Positions 39,119-51,649 of a stretch of DNA of 64,000 bases are shown here, one piece after another (position 1 is the first letter of the stretch; each line of letters starts with the position of its first letter). This DNA comes from Camelus dromedarius (Eukaryota), in the NCBI RefSeq assembly GCF_036321535.1, contig NC_087437.1:68636001-68700000 (forward strand), given 5' to 3'. The notes beneath the pieces are model-generated. The model saw only the letters and a program-made list of their open reading frames with translations, ran no database searches and was not told where the DNA came from. The position numbers were made by a program, and so were the translations under genes.

Positions 39119-39488
39119 CTATTTCAGATGCAGGATCTGTGTGCACTTATATCCCAAGGAAAGGAGGGGAGGGCTCCTCTGCCTGTCTGCCCCTCCCCTG
39201 GGCTGTCTCTGAGCTCTCGCCAGAGGACCTGTCTCCAGCAGACCATCTCCTCTGTGACAGTTGTCAGGCCTCCCAGCTGTGTCTATCCTTGGTGGTCTTC
39301 CTCTGCCCGCTGCCAGCAGGATGCTGCAGCAACTCCAGCCGAGGGGCTTACGCTCCCACGTTCCCACTCTGGCTGTGGTTGGAAGGGTTTTGTTCTGTTT
39401 TGTTTTTTTGGTTCTTTGTTTTCTTCTTCTTCTTTCTTTCTGTCTTATTTTGTTTGTAGTTTTGTTGCTGTTGTTCAGTTTACACACT
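39119..39488 (-). other. Candidate non-coding first exon (5' UTR)
   Basis: Inr-like TGCAGT (A+1 at 39488), locally GC/CpG-enriched non-repeat body, donor TAG|GTGAGG at 39119/39118. Confidence 0.5.
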
Positions 39489-40020
39489 GCAGAACTGTCA
39501 CACTGGACCGCCCCTCCCCCCAACAGCTGTCAGGCCCCCCTACAAGGAAACAGTCAGAGCAAACAAGAAACAAACAATGGACGAGAGACATTTCAAAGTG
39601 TATTCAGAGAAACGTGTTACTTCAAAGGCGGTCTCGAGGTCCCCCTGGAGCTCATTACTGTAGTCGGTGAGATAAGGCGGGGAGAGAGCTGCTCAGTAGG
39701 CTCCCAGGGGATGAAGAAAACGGAAAAGAAAAAAAAAAGTAAAAAGCCCACAAGAAGTGCAGTTTAGCTGTCTTTTAAATTATCAAATCTATATATCCAT
39801 CAGAGATGAAGAAATAAACCTTGCCCTTTCTGCGAGCCCTAGAAGCTGTTTATGTCAGCTGAGCCCACTGACACCCCCAAAACCAGGAGCTCTTTGGAGG
39901 AGAATGTCTTTCCTATGGTGGAATCATTACAGCTGTAGGGAAAGGGGGAGGATGGCAGGCTACGTTCTGCTGAGCAACAGCAGTTGAGGTGATGGGCAGA
40001 AGGGAGGGGCGGAGGCATGG
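39489..40020 (-). promoter_or_regulatory. Candidate promoter
   Basis: GC box (GGGGAGGGGCGG) 39508-39520, E-box CAGCTG 39524, FOX-like GCAAACAA 39559, SOX AACAATGG 39573, GATA AGATAA 39670, further GGCGG boxes near 39677 and 40008; more CpGs than the flanks. Confidence 0.5.
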
Positions 40021-40344
40021 TGCCTTGTTTTTGTAGCAAAAGTCACAGCTATGAGGTTACATTTCTGACAAAAGTGACCAGAGAAAATCTATTCCAGTAA
40101 CAATAGCTTTTCCTCATCCTTTAGATGGTGCAGACCTCTCCTGTAGCTACCAAAGCTTTTTCTGTTCCTCCTGACAAGCTTGCTTGGCTCATTAGTTTGT
40201 GATGTTTAAGGTCAAGGAAAAGGATTTTGTATTTTGGTTGTGTTGTTTCCATCTCTGAACTCCTTACAGAGTCCAGGAAATTTTTTTTTTTTAATATTGA
40301 ATAAAATTGCTTTTGAACTTGGACTATCTTCTTACCATCCTTTT

Positions 40345-40493
40345 TCTCAAATTTGTTTTTCAATTTTTATGCAGTGAGATCCACTCCTTTTGGTGTACAT
40401 TTCTGTGTTTGGACAGATGCAGAGTTGTGTAACACCACTACAATCTAGATACGAAATGGCTCCATTCCTCCCCACCACCCACCACACACACAT

Positions 40494-40540
<47 letters not shown>

Positions 40541-40940
40541 CACATTTTTGTACTAATCCTTTGTAGTTAATGCTTCCCTACTCTTTTACCTCTGGCAGTG
40601 ACTAATCTGTTCTCTGTCCCTGTAGTTAGTTTGCCTTTGCCAGATTGTCACAAAAATGGAATTATACAGTATGTCGCCTTTGAGGCTGGCTTATTTTAAT
40701 TTGAACAACGCAGCTGAGATCCACTCATGTTGTAGCATGTATCAGTACTTCATTCACTTTTTTTTAGCTTAGTGTTCCATCATATGGGTATACCACTGTT
40801 TGTTTATCCATGCCCAAGTAGAAGGACATTGGTGGGTATTTCTTGCTTGGGGTGGTTATAGATAAAGCTGGATAAACATTAGGGTAAAGGTTTTTGTGTG
40901 AACATAGATTTTCCTTTCACTTGGATACATACCTTGGAGT
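40345..40940 (-). mobile_element. L1MB/ME-type 3' end
   Basis: gttgtgtaacaccactacaatc...actaatctgttctctgtccc...aatggaattatacagtatg...ttttgtgtgaacatag. Confidence 0.8.
40496..40536 (+). repeat. (CA)n microsatellite, about 20 units
   Basis: Perfect AC run read directly. Confidence 0.95.
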
Positions 40941-41965
40941 CGGCCACATACATTTTTGTTGAATGAATTAATGAATGAATTGACTGATACGATGATTTTT
41001 CTTTGTATGTTTTCTATAAGCTACTCAGAGTTTCCTCCATATGCCATCAGTGGTGTGAGGCGGGTGTTTCCAATACCCATTTTTTCATCCCAGTCTGGTT
41101 TCTAGGATCATTAATATAGTATTTCCACCTGAAACTTCAAGTGTGAGAATGATTTGTTGAGGGGTTTAATTTTTATTTATAGAACTTCAAAGACACAGAA
41201 CTCTTAATCCTTTTTCTTCCTCATTTGGGCTGAGGGGGTCTGACCTCCCTATGGTAGAAGCGTGAGGAGCTGGCAAGCTCTAGTTTGTCTCACTTTCAAA
41301 GTTTCCTCCTACGATGTGGCCAGCTAATTCCACCAGATAATAAACCCTGGAGGCTTCTTATACACAACTGTATAGACAAGGCAAGAATAACCTGTAAATC
41401 TCTCATATCTGTGTATAGATACAGAAAGAAGGACTATTTGGACACATTATAACAGAAGGTATCACTGAATTATCACTGTGTATGGTATGATCAACTCCAA
41501 ATCAGATACTGTTGTGCATGAGTCCATTTCCTCTATGAACCATGTACATAGGGCTGCACTAAGCAAAACAAACTAAAAATATCGCTAATTTTCATTCTTT
41601 GGAAACACATAGTTTCACCACATAGTCCCATAAAGCTGTATTTTATTGCTGTGTGAATGCATCAAAATACTTTATATTGAAAATAGTTTATAATATATTC
41701 ATTTGAATTGGAACATATATTATAAATTAAATCTTACATTGGTCCCTTCTTGTGAGTAATCCTGATTCTTTTCATATCATTTTGAGACAAACCAAACTTT
41801 AAAATGTACCATCAAATTATCCTCACTGATATGAGTCTTCATTTGTGTCCCTCAAGGTCGTGATCATCATGAAATCAAATGATGTATGAGAAACAGCCTA
41901 ATGTTAACACATATACAGAGAACAGATTTTAGAAATTTTACCACCATTACCTTCAAATACCTCAG

Positions 41966-42145
41966 TTGTTCTTATCCAGTTTTAGGTTATAGACCCCTTT
42001 GAAAATCCAGTGCAAACTATTTTCAGAAAAAAACCACCTACACCTACATAAACAAAATTTTCCTTACAGTTTCAAGGAGGTGATAGAATAAATGAAGTCC
42101 ATCTATAAATTCCTTAATGAACCATGGTCATGTTAAGAACTCCTG
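41966..42145. mobile_element. hAT-Charlie MITE-like remnant
   Basis: cagttgttctta...gacccctttgaaaatc...aaaattttccttacagtttca...gttaagaactcctg with terminal inverted similarity. Confidence 0.55.
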
Positions 42146-42292
42146 AAAAACACCCTTTCTTGGATACACAATCTCATTTGACTTGCTGGAAGAGCTTGTA
42201 TTTAAAGAAGTAGATGGGTGACTTTCGAAGACAATGAGAGAAAGAATCTGATTCTAGCATTTGGCCAAAAGGATTTATTAAAAATCATGTAT

Positions 42293-42437
42293 GGGGGGAG
42301 GGTATAACTCAGTGGTAAAGTGCGTGCTTAGCGCGTACAAGGTCCTGAGTTCAATCCCCAGTACTGCCATTAAAATGAATGAATAATAAGTAAACGTAAT
42401 TACCTCTCCCTAAAACAATAACAACTACAAAACAAAA
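42293..42437 (+). mobile_element. tRNA-Ala-derived camelid SINE (long form)
   Basis: ggggggagggtataactcagtggtaaagtgcgtgcttagc...gagttcaatccccagtac; perfect 14-bp TSD taaaaatcatgtat at 42279-42292 and 42438-42451. Confidence 0.92.
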
Positions 42438-45392
42438 TAAAAATCATGTATAAAAGAAAAACTGCAGGAGAAGAGTAGAAATTCCAGGCCCATGGGAACT
42501 ATAGGTCCAGCAGAACATCTCCAGTGTCTACCACAGTGCCTATAGAAGAGGCTCAATTAACATTTGAGAAGGAGCAAAAGAAAGGAGGGAGGGAGGGAGC
42601 AAGAAAGAAGAATGATGTCCTGCAGTTGGGACATGCATGGAGAAAGGGAAGGGGGTGATGACAGTAGTACACTCTAAAAGTGACCAGGGCTTGGATTATG
42701 GCTTTTTCTTTAGTATAAATGTAAAAAGGACATTCCAAAGAATGCTAAAAGGGTACAAAGTTCTCCTGAGTGCAGCAAGGTGACGATGAAAATCTAGCCC
42801 TGAGATCAGTGGCACCATGAAGGCAGATGGTGTGCCTGCTGCAGCTGTCACGGGTGGGTTGTGGGGCTGGGGCAGCTCGTTCCTTCCCGCCTGGTTCCAG
42901 GGGCAGATCAGACTTTGTCTAGTCAGAAGCAGGCCTTTGATACTGACTCTGCGTCCACAGAGTAGCTTTCATCATTTTCCCAGTAGCACTGCCTGTCGGC
43001 CCAATGAGTTCTCGTGTGAGGCTGCCATTTTCCTTGTATTGCCTGAGCTGGCATTCCAGAACAGCAATTAATGTGGGGAAGGGAGTGGTGCTGGTCTCCT
43101 ACCGTTTCCTTGGTTGTCTCCTCGGGCCTTCCTGCCCCATGTCAAACTCCACACCTGAGGAGGAGAACTCTCCTTCTCAGCTCTTTGGGAAAGCGTATAC
43201 AGTCACTGAAGCCAGCCAGGTCTGAGTATCAACCCTGGGTCTCTCATCAGCTGGGTCATCTTAAGTAAAGCTCTTGACTCTTTTGAGCCTCTTGGGATTA
43301 TCAGAAGTGCTGGAGAAGCTGCACACAGGCCAAATGGGTGTATGACTCCAGAAATTACAGGGCCTCTTCATGTGCTTACACCAGTCATAGCTTTCACCCT
43401 TTCAAAGGCAGTAGAAAGAGCTAGAGCCAAAAGGAAGGGAGATGTGAGAGGGAAGAGGTGGTAGCAGGGGACTGTGTACCAAGGGTACATGGCAGAGTCT
43501 GAGGCCAGGGGCTCTACTAAAACAAGAAAATGGAAACCAAACAGCGGCACCTCCAGTCCATATCAAACATCATCCATGCTGCCTGTTCCCTTTTTGCCTC
43601 TAGAAAATGTATTACTGTAAGAATACGCTTCATAATGTGCATTATTGGTAGCCTTGTCTTTCCACTCTCTCTCTCTTTTGTTTTCCCCCTGAATTTAAAA
43701 GTACTTAAGTCCTGGCTTGTTCTTTGGGTGGAAGGAGGAAATACTTAACATTTTTCTAACATATAATTTTTGTTCTTATTTGCTACAGAAGGCCTAACAC
43801 TATTTACTTGGAATACCTCTATGTTCTAATCTTTGGAATCTAAATTTAGGCATTTGTGTGCTACAAAGAAATCCCCCTGTGGCTTAATGCCTTTAAACTG
43901 TATGTATTTATGCTCCTGCCTCCATTTAGATTCCAGCAAAACATACATTTATAAAATACTTTGCGGTTCACACAGTATGTTCATATGAATTGTCACATCA
44001 AGGCCTCATGGGAACTGATGTTCAAAAAAGGTTAATAACCGAACCAAGGTCACACAGCAATGACATGTCAAATGAAAACCCAGCTTAGTTCCACTGCCAC
44101 ATACAAACTGATTTTATACCCCTGATAAGTTAAAAGAAACCTGTTACCTATATATTACATTTATATAAGAATATATATATATGTGTGTGTGTATATATAA
44201 TCATTCACATACATGTATCCATCTAAGCATGAGGTTTTTAACTTTTTTTTTGTCTTTGGCATTTTATTAGTTCTTTTAGCACCTCTGTGAGTTTGAATAG
44301 CAGTTTTCATTTTATAAAGAAAAAACCTCAGACACAGTGAGGTGTTCAGTGAACTGAATATTTCTGTGTCTTGGAAAAATCTTCAGAATACTGAGGGGCA
44401 TATTATTTAAGCAGGCAATTCTGGAACTAGTAACCTCCCTCAGAGAAATCATATATCTCAGTAATTTTCACTAGCTTTTAAAAATCGTAACAGTAAAAGT
44501 GTTGGTAAAATTTGTTTGTTGCTGTTTTTGTTTCAAGATGACAAATTGAGCCACACATCGTGTGTAAAGTGTGAGAACCCATCACCTGCTTCGCCCGCGT
44601 TAGCACCTGCAGGTGCTATTCCAGGCACTAGTGTGCATCCTACCTTTATGAAGACAAGTAATGCCACAGAGTCAAAATCAGACAGATTTTACTTACTTAC
44701 AAATACATGGGAACTAATCCAGAAAAGTTTTTCTTTGTGTTAAGCAAAGAATGTCCAATCATCTTTCTTAATTTTAAGTATATACATGCTGGTAGCATTT
44801 TTCTCTATTTTCTATTAAGTTAATAGACCTACAATTAAAATGCTCAGCAATTAAAACTCTTACCAGGAAATCTTCACTGGGCAAATACCTCTATTAAGGG
44901 GGGTCCTTTGTCTCTGAAATAAATAGGTCCAGCCTTCATGCCTTGTCACAGAAGCCGACACTGGGGACCACCAAAGCTGAGCACTGGCTTCATGCTGAAA
45001 TCTAGTCTCTACTCCAGGGGAATATGAATTTCTAGAAGAAGACAAATGGAGAAAAAGACTCTAGGGAGGCCTTACTCACAGGACTGAGGGAGAATACGAT
45101 CCGCCCAAGTGAGGTAAATGTGTCTTTAGACACTTCACGTAGTACAGCAACAATGGTGTGAAGCCAGATCAGAAACATCAGGCCCGATCTCCAGGACCCA
45201 AAGAGGCAGTAAGTTGAATGGGCCAAGGCAGTTACAGCCCCAGAAGGGACCTTCCTCCAGTTTGGTGGCTGAAGAACCTGTCTCACTGACTTTTGTTGGT
45301 GGTACCATCTTCCAACTGGGACTCTGCCCTCCTCTGTTCTGCAGTTGCCTGTGATATAGCCTGTTTCCCAGCTTTGTCCCTGACCTGATGTC

Positions 45393-45910
45393 TTTTTTTT
45401 TTTTTAATTGAAGTACAGTCAGTTGACAATGTGTCAATTCCTAGTGTACAGCATAATAGTTCAGTCTTACATATGCATATATATATATTTTTTTTCATTA
45501 TAGGTTACTACAAGATATTGAATATAGTTCCCTGTGCTATACAGAAGAAACTTGTTGTTTATCTATTTTATATATACTAGTTAATATTCACAAATCTCAA
45601 ACTCCTAATGTATCCCTTCTTACCCTCTTCCCTCTAGTAGCCATAAGGTTGTTTACTATGTCTGTGAGTCTGTTTCTGTTTTTGTAGATAAGTTCATTAG
45701 TGTCTTATTTTTTCTTTCTTTCTTTTTTTTTTACAGTCTATATATGAGTGATATCATATGATATTATATTTTCCTTTCTCTTTCTGGCTTACTTCATTTT
45801 GAATGACAATCTCCAGGTCCATCCATGTTGCTGCAAATGGCATTATTTTATTCTTTTTTATGGCTGAGTAGTATTCCATTGTATAAATATACCACAGCTT
45901 CTTTATCCAT
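45393..45910 (-). mobile_element. L1 3' end with TSD
   Basis: ORF 45754-45972 contains the L1 ORF2 terminus (LWYIYTMEYYSAIKKNKIMPFAATWMDLE); TSD ctgacctgatgtc (45380) / ctgacctggtgtc (45911). Confidence 0.9.
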
Positions 45911-46702
45911 CTGACCTGGTGTCTTTTTAACTTCTCCTGCCTGAGCAGAAACACTGACTCCTTCCCACTCACAGGGGCTGAGACCTTTTGGGCATGAGTA
46001 ATAAAATCACCCTCCCTGAACCATCAGCACACACATGTCCTGACCAAGCTTGGTTTCTGCCTCACTGTTTGTCTTGCTTGTAAAATTGAACAGTTCCTAT
46101 CACTTTCAATTCAGTGAAACTGAACACTCAGTCTCAGTAGGCCTGACTACAAAGAGATTTTCTTACACTTTGCTTGCTACCTTGATGTATGTCATCCTAT
46201 TGTACCCCATCCCTGCCTTCATTGTATTACAGACCCTCATCTCAGCATTTCCCTTCTCCCCTCAGCCTTGTCATCAGTCCTTCCCCTGCATTCCTGGAAC
46301 TCCTGCCTTTTTAATTATTACACACATGATTCTCTCCCCTCTGAAGTCCTTCATGCTGTTCTCTCCCTGCCAAGGTTGCTGTTCCTGTATCCCTAATCTG
46401 AGCCTTTTTTCCTTCCATTATAGCTTGAGGGACTCAAAGCTAGTATTTATACTCCTTTTTCTACCTTGGACAGCTCCACAATGCTAACCCTCTCATTTCC
46501 ACCCATAGTCCTCATTCTTATTGGGTCTTGGAGCTGCAAATGGAGTAGAGTTGGAGAATTCCTCATTACTATTCAAAGAAGAGTAAAGGAGAGGGGTCTT
46601 CTACCCGGTGTAGCAAAAGAACAGGGGATGGGGGAAGGTAGTCAGGAAAATGCAATCCTGTATATTTTCCATGAAGATATTGTATGCGGAATTCCCTTAA
46701 CT

Positions 46703-46830
46703 TGTTCATTCATTTTCATTCATTGATTTGTTCATTCATTCATTCTTCTTCTTCTTTTTCTCAACAAATGTTTTTTGAGTATTTATTTTGTCCCAAGCTC
46801 CATGTCAGGTTCTGGATAACTAAGGATGTA
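46703..46830 (-). mobile_element. L2 3' tail
   Basis: (CATT)n-like run followed by caacaaatgttttttgagtattta...aggttctgga. Confidence 0.55.
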
Positions 46831-48519
46831 GGCATTTATGTGTGCCAAGCAATATGTTAAACACTTTTCAACCATCTTCTTGCTTAAACCTCAAAATAAC
46901 CCAAAGTATCCTCACTTTAAAGTAAGGAGCTGTGATCAGTCAAGTTAAATAGCTTGCTGAAATTTACCCAATTAATAAAGTAACTCTACTATATTATTTT
47001 GTTTCTCAGGTTAGGATCAAGTATATTGTGCACTGATGATCAAGTATATTGGGTATTAAAGCAATTTTTAAGTGCTTTCAGGAATTTAACATTTCTAAGG
47101 GATGGGGGTAAACTTCCAGACAACCAGATGCAAACTACCTGCTGATAAACTAGGAACTGGCTCTAGCCTGCTTTTCTTAGTGGTGTTGTTATTGATTTAC
47201 ATGTCACAAGCTCGCTTTCATCTGACTACTGCATTTGAAGCCAAAAGGCTGTATATACATATGAAGCATGAAACCCAGTCCTCAACTGAAAAAGGTAAAA
47301 AAGTGCTATTATGGAAGGCATCAAATTAAAAATAGAACAGGTGGGTATGTGGAGAAAACAAGCCAGTTGCAAACTATCTCCATCTGAAAATTTACAGTGA
47401 CCTTCCTGGTTTCTCCTGCTGTGGCTGTGTACAACTGCAGGAAACAGTCCCATCCTACCCAGGAATGCGGACACCATACCAAAAAACAAAACAAAACAGA
47501 ACACCTTAGTATGTATCTAGGGGATTCTGCTGCTTCTACTTTTCCATCCTCCAATCAGAGACGCTTAGACTCTTCCCTGACCAATGAAAGGGGATACTTT
47601 CAAAAGACACTCTGAAGCTGCAGGACAGAAAATTTTAATGAGTTCAGTTTACCAGAGTGTTCACTGTGTTCGGGCTCCCCCTAGCCGCATGGAAGCGGAT
47701 TCTCGCTGCCTAAGCCATTCAGCTGAATGCTTAACACAAAACACTATCCTGGAAGGGCAAGGATTTTATCTCCTCTGTCTCCTTGTTTACTCTTCTGGAT
47801 CCACTGTTGTTATTGCATTCGGCTTGGAGACTGGGTGGTCAGAAGGGGGTACTCAAGATAGAAAAGGAAAAGGAAAATGCTATTGTGGGAATTGTTTTTC
47901 GAGATGCTTTAGGAATGTCTTATAAAGATAACATCGGTTCTGCTTGTCAATATCTTTATTGGTTTTCCGCCCACCGGGACTGGGCTGAATGTGCTCACTT
48001 ATTGAAGCACCTGGGTCTCACATCTAACCTCTGCTATTTTTACATTGTAATGTCGATTCATCCTTATGTAACCAGGCGGGTGGAGGGGATGCAGGACGTC
48101 TGACAGGAGCCACATCAGACACAGCGAAGGCAGCTACCTGGCAGCCGTGGAGAGAGTTGTCCCAAAGGTCTTCCCACATACCGAGAGGTTCTGCCAAGCA
48201 AGAGAAGCTTTAGGAACAGGAAAATTAGAGACGTTCTAGCTTTCTCTCTCTTACCAAAGCCTACTGTTACTGTTCCTGTTGAGAGACAACAGATGAGTTC
48301 CCCAAGCAGCTTCAAGAGCTGTCAAAGCTCTGCCTTCAAGGCACTGACATTTCAGCATATTCCTTTCTTTCTTGTGTTCTGCCACTGTGTTCAGGGAATT
48401 ATAACGTGCCAAATGTATGGGCGAAGAGTGATCCCTACTGTTATCCTTGGAGTGCTGCAGAATAGGTAGAATGGAATCACTTTGATTGTTTCTTTGAATG
48501 GAATTTAATGAAGTTGAAT

Positions 48520-49200
48520 CTGCAAATATTAATTCAGCACTTGGTAGGTACAAGGCACTATTCTGGGAATCAGAACATCCAGAATCATTTAGTTACCTTT
48601 TCTGCCCTTCAGGACCTTGCCATCTAGTGGAGGAAGAAAGGGGTGGCAAGACAGAGTGGGACATGGTGGTTAATCTCACAGATGCTATGAGTGTACTGGG
48701 TGGGAAACAAACGTCTGAGATGGAAATTAGGCCAGGAGAGAGGCATCAGAGACAGCATCCTAGGACATCTGGACAGAAACTGGCAGGATGGACAGGATTT
48801 TGACAGGCTTACAAAGAGATCCCAACATTATGTGAAGAAGGAACTTCAGGAAGAGAGACATGGATGTGAGGAAGTTGATGAAGCCTAGCAGTGGTCTTCT
48901 GTGGCTCTAGTGAGAACTGCATAGATGAGGCGGTCCAGGAAGTCCAGCAGGAGGGGTGTGGTTTGATTGTGAAAGATCTTGAACAGCATGCAAAGGAGTT
49001 TCCATTTATTGTGAAGGTATTGGGTTCCATACGAGTGTTTCTCACTGAACTGGTGTTATTAGATGAATGTTGTAGGGGGAAGTCTGAAGCTTCTGGAAAC
49101 TGGGTGAGAGAGAGGTGCCCTGGATGCATTTGGGGAGGGTGGGTGATGCAGCAGTCTGTCCCTGAGAAGGACGGAGGAGGGTCTGAAGTGGAGCAGTGGT
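48520..49200 (-). mobile_element. L2 fragment
   Basis: aaatatt...cagcact...aggcactattctggga...tgcccttcaggac...catctagtgg...atgcaaaggagtttccattta. Confidence 0.55.
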
Positions 49201-51649
49201 GCTGGGAACCAGAAGGTAATGGGAGTCCTCCATCAACTCAGATCATTCTTGGGCTGCCCCAGAGGTGGATGCTACCCTCACTGTGCCCCAATGTATTTAA
49301 TGGCTAACAACTGTACCATTCTCTGGTTTTATGCTAGCGTTCTTTTCAACAAAGTTTCATCTAAATCTCACTTTCTATTACTTTCTACTCCTAGTGCATT
49401 TATAATCCTCTCTCCTACTCTTAACAGAACTCTGATGCTGAATGATACAGTTACCCACAACAAACTGGCTCATTTTCTAGATTCAGAAATGTCAAACAAA
49501 TGAACAACAACAACCAGAAACCCGCCGTGGAATAAAGTTCCTTCAGTGTTCAGTGTTAGAACGAGAAATAGACACGGGTGTTCGGAGACTCCACACTTAA
49601 CCCTCAGACACATGTGCCTCCGACTCCTCTTAGCCCACTAATGTCACACATGAATTAACAATATGCAAAACCTCTTCTGTCCTTCCACATTGTATAAAAG
49701 TGCTTTAGTGGGAAGCAACATTTAGATAATTAATGCATGTCTGCTGTCACAATGCAGCGATTTTGCCAAAGTATATGTGGGAGAATGTAGATTGATTCAA
49801 CACATTTATAACTCCAGAAAAATTGAGAGGCTATATCAAAACAAAACATCACTGGGCATGGTTTGCTTTTTTATTTTGGCTCTAATTATTAGGCAAATTT
49901 CAAGCTGAGCAGTATGCCTGAATTTGAGACAGATTAGTTATTTATTTATACCTAATTCCAATTAGAATACATGAGATTGTCATTTCTAAAATAAATAGGA
50001 TTCTGTAGGAACATTACCATAGATTTGAAATTATACACAAGTCCTTTCTTCTAGACCCATTTAGACAGTGCAGTAAGTGAAAACAAGTTTAGGAGATCAA
50101 AGAATATTTAGGCATCAGTGTTTCATCACTGCCCTTCCTCTCAAAAACATAAGGTCAGTTCCACCACCAGAGAGACAGGAAGGTGCTCTGTGTGGCCAGC
50201 TCTGCCTTCTTTCATTTTGGAACGGAGAGTAAGACTAATCTCACAGAGAAAGATTTAATGCTTTCCAGTGTCTCTTTCCACTAAGTGATGGTGTGGTTCC
50301 TGGTGGCTTCTAGAGGATCCTGGACTGAGCATTGATACCACCTGAGGGCAGATAAAACAGCTCGGAGAGGTCAACCAAAGCACAAATGGGAAAGCCTCTC
50401 AGCAGGGTGGGTAAGAGAAATTAACATGGCAGCCTCATTACTCAGCTTTTCGTTGTGTTATTGCTGCTGTATTAAACTCCCCCTGCTCTACAGATCCCTA
50501 CTGTAGGTTAGAAGAAATGCTACCTCCTTGCCCATTTTGTGAAATATGGTCCCCATAATTGCTCTCAGACCATCTGGTGAGCACCGCTCCCAGAGAGGGG
50601 CCCGACTGCCTAGTAGGGTTCTCTTTCTTCTGTGTTCTAGGCTGAGTTTAGATCAAGCCTAACCCTGCCTGTGACTTCCTGAGGTGAGGGAGCTGCAGGG
50701 GTCAGGTCTCAGTCTCCAAACAACAAAGACTGAGTTCCACTGCTGGTGGACTTTAGGCACAGGGGAGGACTCAGGGGAGAAGTACCATGCTTTCTTTCCA
50801 GAGATTCCCCACTCTAATAGCCACTTCTTGATTTCTAGAGATTAGCACCAGCAAATTTGCATAATGACGTTACCAAGATGCCTTTGCGGTTGTTTTCTTT
50901 CAACGGTCGGTGTGAGTGAGGTTGCAGAATGTAATGGATTAAGAAAAAGAAAGGGAAAATTAGCATATTTAATATCGTTTCTACAGAAATTGACAGAGTT
51001 TATGGAGCAGAGGAATATATGTAATTTACTCTTTCATCTCTCCTGGAAAGAGGGTGGGGGTGGGAGTTGAGGGGGAGCAGGGAATGCGAACGATGAAGCA
51101 CAGCAGTTATGGAGATGATGTAGCTGCTAAAGGGACAACTCTCGCAGCATCTTGGGCTCTCAGGGGTGGCAGCGAATGAAGCCAGGTTAGTTACCTGTAA
51201 TATCTGGGTGTGATCAGAATAGCATTTCAGCAAAATTAAACTTGGGACGGTTCCTAGATAATAGATACATGGATGTGTGAGAAAAGACCTTGATCGTGGG
51301 GCCTGATCCGTGGCATGTGCAAAATCAGAATCACTGGTGGAGAACACCAGGGACAAGCCCACAAGCCGCCTCGCTCTATTACACACATACCAATTGCAAT
51401 AGTATTGGAGAAAATACTCATAAATCCCCATTCCTTTCACTGCTTTATGCTTCATAGCCTTTTTCCCATTTGTGGTTTATATAGATGGAATGAAGAAAAC
51501 AATGTAGAAGGCAGATGGCGTGGAGTGAGGATGTTTCTAGAGTCGGAAGTGCAGGGTGGTGAGGAGGCAGGCAGGTCTTTTGCATCAATTACTAGGCTTA
51601 TGACCTCAGTAAAGTTTCTTAATTTCTTTTAGCTTCCCCTATAGGAGGG

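Noticed and set aside
39074..39767. Cluster of long overlapping ORFs (124-198 aa) on both strands
   Set aside because: They run through a low-complexity T-rich tract and GC-rich promoter-like DNA depleted of stops; no recognisable protein.
42293..42375. tRNA-Ala-like cloverleaf (also at 10960, 36840, 51900 and 63085)
   Set aside because: A-rich tails, flanking TSDs in four of the five copies and mutated stems show these are SINEs, not functional tRNA genes.
48498..49307. Several 100-138-aa ORFs
   Set aside because: They lie in a purine-rich L2 remnant, with no domain or exon structure.
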